Shown: in pieces, positions 12,443-24,600 of the stretch
Position numbering within the stretch: position 1 is the first letter of the stretch
Layout of the letters: every line of letters starts with the position of its first letter
Assembly: GCA_002633005.1 (NCBI GenBank)
Contig: NMRA01001237.1
Coordinates: 1-36,977 of the forward strand
DNA: 36,977 bases
Source: Phoronis australis
Lineage: Eukaryota > Animalia > Phoronida
Direction: 5' to 3'
The notes under the pieces: generated by a model
Told to the model about the DNA's origin: nothing
What the model saw: only the letters and a program-made list of their open reading frames with translations
Database searches by the model: none
Made by a program: the position numbers and the translations under genes

Positions 12443-12507
12443 ATGTCATTTTTTCTAAAGTTGGTCATCTTGCTGTTATCGGGACGATTGGTGCTAAGTG
12501 CTGTTGG
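12443..12507 (+). CDS. Exon 1: signal peptide MSFFLKLVILLLSGRLVLSAV(G)
   Basis: Hydrophobic N-terminal peptide ending in LSA/VG. Donor GG|gtaaga is phase 2 and matches exon 2. Not in the ORF track. Confidence 0.78.
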
Positions 12508-15500
12508 GTAAGATTTAACTTGTTCTTTTGCGTGTATTGTATCAGGAATTGAAAGAGCTTCGAGCGGCTTTACATGTTGTTTTTGTCAACGAATAAGACC
12601 TACCTGTAGGCTACGTTTATAAAAGACTTCTCTCTAAAGAATGCACTTTCTTGTATTTTCACCAGTTTAAAGCACAAATCAAAAGAAGTCACTGAAAGTG
12701 CAACATTTCGTATGCCGCGTACGTTTCGTCAAAAAATTTTAAAGTTCACGAAAACGCGTTCAGCACGATTCACCTGTTGCGCCCAATTTGTTGATGCACC
12801 GGCAGAAGTTCAATTTAAAAATTATATCTCAAATTCCGTTTATTTATTTGCAAATTTTAATAAAACATTATTTAGGACTAATGTTTGACTAAACGGGATT
12901 GTAGTAAAATCCGTCTGAACTATGAAGAAGCTGAAACAGTTTCTCTGGACAAGTGCAGAGTACTGGACTGAAGGTCTCTAGTTCAATCACAGCTACGTCA
13001 AGAAAAACTGAACAAGTGTTCTAGCATGAGTGTACCGTACACCCGTACTCTTTCTTTTAAGAACGGTATAACACCTGAAGATGGCCGAAAAGGTGACGTC
13101 GTGCCAAAGTAAATAGTCAAGAGGTTGGTTATAAAAACTAATTGCAGGCGGTCTGATACACGTTGTACCAGACATGCGCAGGCCACGCATGTGGGCCCAT
13201 TGCACTGCTCACCTGGAACTATTTTGTGCTTTATTAATATATAGTTAAAACCGAGCTGATGAGCTAGAAACCCAACTCAAGGGCTTAGCAGTGTGACCCA
13301 GTGAAACTCGAACCCACGACCTTGGAAAGCGGGCACCTATCATACAAGGCCACGCTGCCTTGTCAAGAGATTGGTTAAGTTCACCGATAGATTTTTAAAA
13401 ATGATGTTTTCATATCAGGACTTCAAAGCGGTTTCAGGAAGACAGAATATAAACTGACCGATGAGATGTCTGGAAACATGCGTACACAGAGTGAGACGAG
13501 CCTCAGTGTGAAATCCAGCCTGCAACACCCGCGGTCGCAGCTTAACGCTCTGCTGGCATGGCAAATCGTATTTAACTGGTAAAATCACCGTCCTTGATTT
13601 GAGAGGCGGAAAACGACGAGAACAGGCGATTTGTAACAAAATTACAAACAAAAAATTGTTTTTTTATAGCTCTCAATGGTAATAATTACCTCAAGAAGCT
13701 TGCCCCATCCAGCAATACACCTCAAATGTGTTTCCGGCTGTAAAACCGATGATGTTCTTCAAATCATTTCGTTTTCTCCAATTTTGCGTTTGGTAGCTTA
13801 TGGTTTTTGGAAGTCCACAGACTAAATCTTTAGAAACCGTAGAAAGACCAAGTGGGAAATTTCTATTCAGCTTCTATTCCTTGACGCAATTTTCTTTTCA
13901 AAATAAGTCCGGATTATGTAATTTTTCATTTTGTCATAACCCAAAAGTCATGCGTACCAGAGTTTTCCACAGATATGCCCAAGGCGTACACACCAGAAAA
14001 TGTTAATGGTTTAATCCAAAAACATTGCCCAGATTATAGAAAGTGGACAGCAAAAAAGATATGAAGTAAATTTTCGACAATAATATCCTAATTCTGTTGG
14101 GACAACAATACATCGGAAATGTTGTGTGTTGATTCACTTGGTTAAAATTTGCACTCCAGCAACAGGATTGATACACACGAACGTATATTGATCACTTTTA
14201 AATATACGTCCACGCTTATGTATGGAATTGACTTTTGGTCCCTAAACTGATATTTCCAAACAGGTACCCGGGGCTTCTTTGCAGAAAATTCTGGTACCAA
14301 AGTTAACCCGCGTGCAGACTTGTATCCTGTGCAAATCTTGACCACATAAATGGGGGTATTACAGTGATACAGTGTATTTAACAAGCAATTGTGACTACAT
14401 GCTTTTTGTTTGGGTCAACGGTTGCTGAAGATAAATGCTATTTTTGTCTTCATTGTCTTCACACACATTAATGAGCACGTTAATTGTTTACCATAATACA
14501 AACACAGATCTTGTATTAAAAACGTGATGCGCACTGAGCGAAGACAACGGCGTAACAATAACTTAGCAAATTTGTTCTTTAGGCATTTATTCTAGTCCTC
14601 ATATGCAAAACAGAATATACTGCTGTTGAAGAAGTTTAAGTTGGCGAATACATATTTCTGATGTAATCGATTGGCCAACGGCCTGGAAGTTGTTAAAAGG
14701 CCACTAAACCCTGGTGATTTCAACCACTCCTTCATCTGGCGGTGCAATGAGCTATTACTTGAGAAATAAAATCACGATTCAATTAAAAACACACACTGCG
14801 TCAGAGAATGGATAACATTATTATTGGTGAGTGGTCTTCTCCTAACAGTGTAGGTCTTGCTTTTCTGTTTAGCAGACTTTGCAAGGGACTTTCAAGAATT
14901 GCTCCAAATTTTAAGGGAGGACGGTATTACAGAGCATTGATTTGTTTCCGAGAGATGGATGAGATAGTCATCATTAATACCTATAAATAGGTCAAAACCT
15001 GATTTTGTATCCTTTTAATAGGGGATTGTTGTCATTTAAATTAGTACGGTATTGCTATTTTTGCAGTAAGTGTTCGTATTATGCCAGCGAGACATATGTC
15101 AAGAGCTACCAATCGAGTTACGGGACGAGCTGTGGGCTTTTCGGGTGGAGCAGATGCACCAGATACAGGTATGAGTAACGCATTGCAAAGGTAACACGAC
15201 GTATGTATCGTTTGATCAAAAATTACCCAGTCAAACAGTATGTTACTTATATTAGCCTTGTCGAAGTGTCTCACTATATGTTAATTAGCCGCTGCGTCTC
15301 TTTGTGAGGCATGCACTACCACGTTGGTGAATCAAACGGTTGTCTCTGGAATTAAAAGCAGTTTCACCCATGGAAATAAACAGCAGTAGCTTCAAGCAAA
15401 CACAAATATTTCAGGTATTAAGGATAAAATGAAAGTATTGAGCGTCTCCACTCCACTTTTGTGATTCAACCCTGGCGATTGAGTTTTTATTTGGATACGT

Positions 15501-18500
15501 CACATTACTATGGATTGTGGGATGCCGTTCATTCAAAGCAAAACAAACCCAACAATGGAAACAGCAAACGTACACCATCATTTCCTGTCAACGAGTGACG
15601 TGGGCTGCGTTCTGTAGATATTCATTGCAGACCAAACATACGGGTCACACAATGGAATAAAAAATAGTGGCACAGTCACGGCGTTACAAAATTATTCATT
15701 GTTGAAAGTTACTGTACTTCCTTCTAGGTTCAAATTGATGTTTTTATAGATGAGAGAACGAGTGAATTAATTGTTCATATCACTTACAGGACGAACTACA
15801 GATACGAAACCAGACAAGTACTGAAGTACCGCTGCTGTAAAAATTATGTTCTTCATAATTCTGCTTGCGAACGTAAGTTTTCACGTCATAGGCCCATATC
15901 TTACCGTACTGCAATAATGTTAGATATTAAAATGTTCAGGATCATATCTCAAAAATGCTGTTACAGTTTTCAAAATTATCGTTTCGTTTTCGTTTCATGC
16001 AACTTTCAAATTTCTCCATAAAACTCACAAGAGTCCTGTTTAGATAACAAAAATGGAACAATTTAAAATAAATTTCTTACAGCGTTTTTGAAAACAACAC
16101 ATAAAGAATAGCATCTAAAAGTTTCATGTCGGAATCCAATCAGCCACTCGGAGATTTGATGTTACGAACTTAGCCAAATGTGGACATTTTTCTAGGGTCG
16201 CACACAACCTTAACCAAGAGTTTTCGCAGTATCTGGCGACTTATTGGCGTTAGAAACACACCATGAGTAATCTACACCGCAGTTACTTGGCAAAGTTTAT
16301 TTCTTCACATGTGTCATCCGATTGTGATAACTTGTTTCACTGATCGAACTACCGGGGATTTCCGATAGACCTCTAAGTGCTCTTTCGGACACACCTATTT
16401 TCCCGAAATTATTTTTGCGTCCACAAAACCTCTAGGGGGTCCTTCGGAAAATGTGTTGCTACCAAGTGGGAAACTTGTATTGTATTGAAGCAGCCTCATC
16501 GAGAAGGCTTTAAAAGTGTTATAAGGATTACGTGACTGCACTTGAGGTTAGAAAATTAAACTCAGGAGGCGGTGATTTGTTTTTAAGGACGACAATTGAA
16601 AAACCTGAAATTTTACCAGAGTTACCAAGCCTTTGGCCAGTGCCAGAAATCCAAAATAATTCCAAAAGAGCCCCTATGAGGACTTTTTCGGTCTTTGTTT
16701 CCGAAAGACCCCCATGGGGACTTTCTGTTGGTGGGGGCTCTTTCAGAAATCCATGTTATATAGACCGCATTCTTTACAAATTGATATGAAAATGGCCCAA
16801 AACATGTGAATCTTGAGTATCTCGAAGCCTATGACTCACGATTGTGTTGTACAACCGATTTCTCAACTTTGTTTTCCTTTTGAAAACTTGAGATGCAAGT
16901 AACGCTAATCATTCTCTAGAAAACCGAAATAAAAGGACAGTTTGTTGTGAAACTTCATTAAGCACTTTGGGAAGAAAGTAAAGAAACAGATGGTCCTTTA
17001 CAAAACTATTAACGAAAATTACTGCCGACGCCTGCAAAACTCCGAATAAGTGGTTATCAAAACTTGCTGAAGCAAAATTAAGGAACAAGCCATACATAAT
17101 CTTGCAACGAGAAGCAACTTCAAAAAGAAAATTAAGTCTTTAGCATCAAATACAAAGGACAAAAGCGTATTTTAAGAATTTGTTGACAATTTGAAAAGAA
17201 GACTTGAGAAAATATGAAAGCAAACAATGACATGAGGCGAACAAAACAGCATGGAAGTGAGGATCAAAGGCTTCAAAAATTTTTATACCCTTAATTAATT
17301 TCATACGTACAAATCAACTTTTGCAGCACTGTGCCAGGGACAGAGGTGGTGCCCGAATGGAGGACACTGTACCAGCCCTAATTTCTGCAGCAACTGTAAT
17401 CCTGGATACTATTCACCCAAATGTGACGGTGAGTTGAGCAATCATTCGAAGGGAGAGCCAAAAGCCACATCTCGAATTCAAGCCTTCTCTTCGCGAAGGT
17501 AGAATGTTGATCTTGCTTTTCAGTGAAAGAAAGACACAAGTCTGAGCTAAATCGGCTTAGTAAAAAACGACGTCACAGCCCACCCGGCTGTCACAGTTTC
17601 GTTTTTGGCGGTGCAATGGAATTCACTAAGCAAACGTAAAACTTCACTGACATTCGAGCGTATGAGTATTGATAAGCATCAGTGACAGCAGAGAACAACG
17701 ATGAGTCAACTTCTACGGATACCCAGCATTCCGTGTATATACAACAGAATCGGAGTGGCATTGAAGTATTTCGGGATGTGGCTATATAGTAGTTTTCTTA
17801 AATGTTGTAACTGGCTTAAAGGATAAAGCCACCCAAAACAACTTATTATGTATCAATTTAGATTGAGTAGATCCACTCGATAACAGCAAGTTCAGTTGTT
17901 TTACCTGTCACCTAACGGCAGACGGAGGTGTTGAAATTAACCTATGACGTAGTCGGTTCGAACGCAGTCTGTTCAGCTGTTCACAACATGCTTACTGGTG
18001 TCAACTTATCGCTTGAATTCATAGTTTTACAGCAATAAATCTTCAAAATTAGATGTAAACCCCTTAAAAATACACCAAGTTCTTGAGCAAACGTGTTGTT
18101 TTGTTTCACTGTTACGGATTTATAGGTATTTGAACGTACCGTAGCCTACAGAGTTCGGTAGGCCAATTTACCATGGTCGATCGCGGGAGTTTGGGTCTGT
18201 GATAAATTCGAATCACTCTTCTGTGAAATACAGACTCGGGAACAAAGTGGTGTGTCGTACTTTTAGACTTGTCATATTTCAGTTCTAAACACACAAAACG
18301 CTTTTTTCTCCCCGCCAGCTAGGTCGGAACCAGATCAGTCCCGGCAGCCGCGACATCACGAACATAAACCAGCTTAAGTTGGAAACTAAACTTCTAGTCA
18401 CGAAAAGACGATAATAGTGAGCCAAAGAAATATTGTGCACATAATTATTTAGGTGAATTAGCCACGAAACTGAAAATCTTACTTGTCGGGGGCCGCGAAG

Positions 18501-21500
18501 TAGGTTGACCTTCCACAGAATCGTCAGGGCATGGGGTTGTACAGTAACAATGTTTTGAATAATGTATTTGTATATCAAAATAAAGATTCCCCTAACAAGT
18601 GACCATAGCATATAAAATCCAGTTATTGTTTCACTACAGCTTTCTGTCAGCAAACACTGAATTAGCATGCGCTCACACGGCCTCGGTGCCCGGTCAATTA
18701 CCTTGATTGTTTCTAAAGCCAGTAACGCAGAGGTTTATTCATTGCTGGCTTCTCAAAACATTTGAACTCACGAAACTCCAAATGCATTACAAATTGTATC
18801 TAATGGGACAGACTTTGTTTCGGTTTTATATAAGCATTGGTGAGAATAATTCATTTTGAAACAGAACACATTATAATAAACGTCTACATGGCAACTCGCC
18901 TGGCGCCAATCCCGACTTAGTCGAGAGCTCATCCGACGAGGACTTCACGAGTCGGATCGTTAGGTTTCACACGCTATCAGTTCGAACCGGAATAAACTGA
19001 TCAAGAAGTACTAGAGAGGCGCCGTGAACATTCACAGGCAACGGAACGTATGGATAGTTCTTTGGTAAGTTGGAATTCGTCAGAGAAATCACTGTCGGCG
19101 ACGAAATGCCGGCCACAGGCACAGAGATGTTTCACGGCCTCATACTTGCTATTAACAGCGTACTTTTCATTCTTCACTACCGCGAGCCACTTTCTAAGCA
19201 TTTAGAGCTCTCACGGAAGTCGAAAAAACGATATACCCGCTTTCTTCTCAGATTCATAATTCGGACAAGCGGGAACGATGCACCGCAATATAGCGGCATT
19301 CACTCTGTAGATGAACCACTGACGTCTCTGCGTCGTTTCTCACCTTGGTCACAGGTTAACGCGACACCTATTGGCAAGGTGAGGTCGACCGTATAAGAGG
19401 CGATATGTATATAGACCAATTAAGACGGTAAAAAAGACTAATTATATCGGGTGGCATTCTCCTTTAATATCATTACAATTACGTCCACAGTGATGGCACA
19501 GTGTACATGTATACACAGACCATTAATAAGTCCTCGATTTTTCACGACGTCAAGTAAGACTGAAAACTGCAATTTTCCAAAGAGCAACAAGTACTTATGT
19601 ACCGTGCAGCAATCCATTTCTTTCTTAGCCAGTCGTGCCTTCTATAAGCGGGCGGCCTATTGGGTTTACCAGATTCTACGACCAATGAATTAGGTTAGAA
19701 CGGTTCGAGGTTTCATGCAGAAATTAGTCAGTAAAGGACCACCACCAATTTTCAGCATATGTTGCGGGATCCTATTTCATTTCTGGTGAATTCGATACGC
19801 GACACGCTCCGACATTTCTGAAAATCGTTAAGGAATCACCTGCATGTCGTTATTTTCTACCCTTTCACCTCTGCTCTAGAAAGACACGAAGAGTAAGCGA
19901 CCCAATTTTTGCATTGCACTCCAATGGACCTCCCTGCAGATTTTTTGAAAATAACATGCAAATGGCTACACAGCTTTTGATCATAGCTTCATGCCACCCG
20001 CGTTTGAATATTGTAGATTTGTTTGGACATGGATTTTTTATTTCATGCTCAAGTCCGTCGGACCCCACGGCCGGTTTCGTCACGATTGGCATTCAAATCA
20101 TAGACAACCCTTTGTTCAGACCATGGATCATTTTTTTTAACTCATAATGTAATATCGTGTGAGGACGCTAAACGCTTACGTTTCACATTTTGTTAAACGT
20201 GAAACAGTACCAACCCCATTTGCATGTCACAATGAAGCTTGGAAGCTATCATTATTTATATGAGTATTGTTCAGGTACATTGAACGTAATGAAAAATTCC
20301 ATCTCTCACACGTCAATTACCAACGTGTTGCCAGGTGGTTTTCAAACAAAAGTGGAGAAAATGTTGCCTTTGAAATTCATAGGCTTTGAGGTGGCTCTTA
20401 AAATGCTTATCATGGGCGTTTCAAAGTCTTGTCAAGAAACCTTGGATAACTCAATAATGTTATTCAATTTCTGAGTACTACCAGCAATTAAAATATTTGA
20501 AATGATATAGTTCACTTTGCAATCGCTTTTACTACCTGCAAGGGCAGTAGCACCTTACAATGCAGCATCAACATGGCTTCTCTCCAGCAGGTAGACGCAG
20601 GACACGCGCGAAAAATCAAGATCATACAAGAGCATGTAAAATCACGCGAGTGAAAGACCAAGGTTTCGCAAATACTCTCGTAACCATACTCTCAAAATGA
20701 AAGACACGGAGAGTATCGATCGGCCAAGCTAGTATGTGGAATTATGGGATAGAACTCGCTGTTTTCGTTCCATAATGAAATATTTCTCGCCTCAAGTCTT
20801 GCTGGTGACTTGCATCAACGGAGCGCATCCCAAGTGCAACTCCCACCATGCACTGCCTCGTGTTAAGTCCCCTAAGACATACATACAGTTTTCATGTACA
20901 ATTGCCTCCTACATTTCAGCCTGTCCACTGTCCAGGATATCAGACTGCTTCAAGATGACATGTTCAAGCGGACCGTCTAACTTTGTGTGTCAGGAATGCC
21001 GCCTGAGTTCCCACTCAGGCTCGGCATATTTGCTGTCAAATAACAGATGTTTGCGTAAGTACATCAAAACATTTAACGCCTCTTCTACTGCAAGTTTATT
21101 TTCAAATAGGTGGAAATTAAATATAAATGAGTTTTTTCCGACGTTTTTATTATTGTACAGTTTCATAGATGTATTTTGCGTAATAATACGGCATCAGTGA
21201 GGTAAGAATAACACACTGTACACGTGATATTATGACTGGAAAATGACGGAACTATATATGCTAACTTGTTCTTAAATAACTAAAAAATGATTGACAAAAA
21301 TTGACTACTGCTGAATTGTATGTTATTGGTTGACTGCAAAAATGAAATAGTATACTGTGTATGTATCCCTTGCAAAGCTCCCTGATGCATTTATTCGCTA
21401 GATGAAAAAATGAGCACATTCCAAAAGGTAACTTATAATCATATCATTCTTTTGGTACTGCATGCTGACTCTGCTCCCCACCCATGCGGCAGTACGCCAT

Positions 21501-21585
21501 GTCCGTCTTAAGTTCGTTACAGTGATTGTTACCAGTGTGTTACTATAATTATTATGATTAAAGGTCGTTGAGAGTCTTTGTTATT

Positions 21586-21642
<57 letters not shown>

Positions 21643-24600
21643 TGCCATGCTTATAATTCTACATTCTTTTAGCAAAGTGCTCTTGGCTGTCAAACACGGG
21701 GTGTTGGCCCGGTACTTGCAACGACAGGGGGTTGACCTCATCGTGTAGCTGCATTGCTGGATTCGCCAAGAAATACGGGACCAACAACTGTGACAGTGAG
21801 TTAAATACTTACACTGTCAGCCTGATAATATTTTAGGAACTCAAATGAAAAAAAGACTGGAAAGAAATTATTGACTGTGTGCCTAGGCTGCCAAAGTATG
21901 CTAGATTTAGATATTAAGATTGCTTTAAAAATGCTGGTTTTCTTTCCTTCCGAGAATCATCTTTGAGCTGTAAAGAGTGGTTAACTGGACTTTTCAAATA
22001 AGGAGGTCAATACAGCAAGAACCCTGACTGTATTTTAGCTTATAAGTCGACTGCCTGCAGCTCATGGTTGTACCGAATAGTGGACTCAAATGTTGGCTGC
22101 CGACTAATCTTCAGGAAGAATAATAATCCCGGCGGAATATGTTTCATGCGGTACCTGTTAATAAAACACGTCTGATAATTTCAGTTGCTTCTGTTAGACC
22201 AAATCTGCTGACTTGTACAACGAGAGCAGTCAGCGCAAGCAACGAGTATGCCGACTCAAGTGTCCCTAACGGATCCCCTAACTCTTGTGGCAACCAACAA
22301 GACTTTTGGAGCAATTTCCAGCCTACCGAAATTAGATTCACCTTTACGTTCGAGTTCAAAGTGTCCAATATACCTGCCAGACCAAGTCACATCAACGACT
22401 TCGTTTTCGGCATCACAGACGCATACATGCAGGTTACAACGCTGAGTAAAACAGGTTTGTAATGTTATATTTTCATACAAAACACACTTTACTATTATGT
22501 CCCATCCGAGATCGGCGATTCAGTTTAGGGTTTCCAGTCAAAAACGAAAACAAGCACTTTCATCTTCGTGGTAAGGATGCATTAGGCCACCACCTCTTTG
22601 TACTGTTTATCTTCAGAGGATGGTTGGAAAGTTGGAACGTAAACTTCTAATGCGAAATAGAGATACACAACACATCTCGTCTACGACCATTATTTTGTAC
22701 CTAATTTTGTATTTATCTCGTTCCTTCTTCAAGTATCTGTTTGGTTGTCGTCTCATTTCCATTATCTCTTTTCTTCATACTTTCCTCCTGTTGAATCCAA
22801 TGAAATGCTTTGCTACCTATCTCCATTGTAACCTTCCAAGTCCCGCAACCCGTCCTGTGTTGCCTCTTTGTCTAACACCCCAATCTGCTAATGTAGTGCG
22901 TTTGTTATACAAAAAGTTAACATGTATTGCAGGAGTGACGAAATACAGCGGTAACAACCACTACATATCGAGGTGTACGCACACCTATTCTTCTTCAACA
23001 CCACAACCTTCGACAATCACCTGTACGAATAAACTGACATTTGAAGGAGTTGCCTTGCAGAACAACGACAAGTTAGTTTTCACTAATTATACCTGCCGAA
23101 AATACTCGAGTAAACAAATAAATAAATTACCTTTATTTGGCGATTCGGTAGTGGTCGCAACTAAAGATGACTAAACGTTTGGTTCAGGTATACTGATAGA
23201 GTAATAGTCACAGAGGCCTCTGATGTTGAGAACCAGATTGGGCCCGTTACTGGAGAAAATTTATTCTCAAAATGAGGGACCACTGTATGTGACTATTACA
23301 GAACTGTGAGTGCATAATTATCGCACAACCATTCACCATTACAGAAGATACTCTCACGCTATGATTTCTGGATCGACATTAGCTCTTTTCCCAGACAATA
23401 GAACAACATTAGAAACGTAATTTGAACAACACTCACTACCCCAGGCCCACAGGACACATGTCGAACATTGATTTCTACTGTTGTTTATTTATACCCTAGG
23501 TACTGCTTGAGTTACAAGGCGGTTGGAGGAGGGTACTTCAGAACCAAGAACCTCGTGTATAACACTGTGTCTTCCAAGGAGTACTACACACCAGTGTTGA
23601 GTTCAAAATCTGTTTGTCTTTTATACGACAATGCTGAACCTATTCACTGCTCACAGACATCAACATGTCCACTGAACACCCCTTACGAGACAGATCCCTT
23701 GGAGTTGACAAACAGGATAACCAAGAACAGTAATGTTACAGTGTCCTATGGGGGTTGGTCAGACACAGGTTCCGGCGTTGCTATGTTGGAATTCACTTTG
23801 TACAGTATGGCTGAAAAGTCGTCAAATCTTCTCGGCTTAAAAGATCAAGTCAACCAGTCGGTGAAGATTCCTAGGAATGGCGAGGGTTCAGTACAGTTTG
23901 TACTTCCGGGGCAAGGTTTGTATTGCGTAACAGCCCAAGTTTTGGACGTCTCCGGAAACACTCGGCTCGTGAGAAGATTCGTGCTTTATGACTCTCTGTC
24001 GAACGTTGCGATTGGCCCCAAACCACAAACATTTAAAGTTATCTCGGCGGTTGCAAACACCAATTACGTTTGGCAAACAAACTTGAACTCGATAAATATT
24101 CTATGGGCGAGGCATTTCTATAATACGTTTCATGTTCACAACAACATGTTGAGGCCAATTGAAACAAACTCCCTAGTCTCTGGGTCTTACGATCAAATCA
24201 CAGGCGACCTGCCCGTTATGGGAACACGAAATGTTGACGGGATTATTAGATTTCAATACGCAGTTGCTAAGCTGCCCAGTAACATGCCGCGCTTAACCAC
24301 TTTAAGGGGTGTCCCTACGTCATTGACGTTAACTCCAAAGTTGAGAGACGGTGATACATACCGTATATGGGTCCAAGCTAAAGACGTGATGGGAAATGTT
24401 GCGATAGACAACATCACTCTTCACATCGATTCGTCGCCCCCTCTGTTGACCAATGCTGGTTTAATTGAAAACGGATATAAGAAACTCTTTGTACACAGCG
24501 TGGACGACCTCTCGAAAATGAAATTGGAATTTGATGCCATGGACAGCGACAGCGGCCTTCATGATGTTAAGTGGAAGCTCGGAACAACTGAAGGCAGTGC

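Noticed and set aside
13070-13290. Hammerhead-ribozyme-like cores (CTGAAGA..GAAA at about 13075 and CTGATGA..GAAA at about 13256)
   Set aside because: Stem II does not pair, and I could not place a UH cleavage site with a matching stem I.
16900-17280. A-rich, Lys-rich translatable stretch resembling a LINE EN-RT linker
   Set aside because: No diagnostic motif; it cannot be supported without a database search.
19700-20870. Cluster of short ORFs in intron 4 as extra exons or a transposase
   Set aside because: No domain motifs or Cys pattern consistent with the gene, and exon 4 joins exon 5 cleanly without them.
21529-21741. Minus-strand ORF with a poly-Asp tract
   Set aside because: It is the antisense reading of the intronic (ATC)19 microsatellite and of exon 6.
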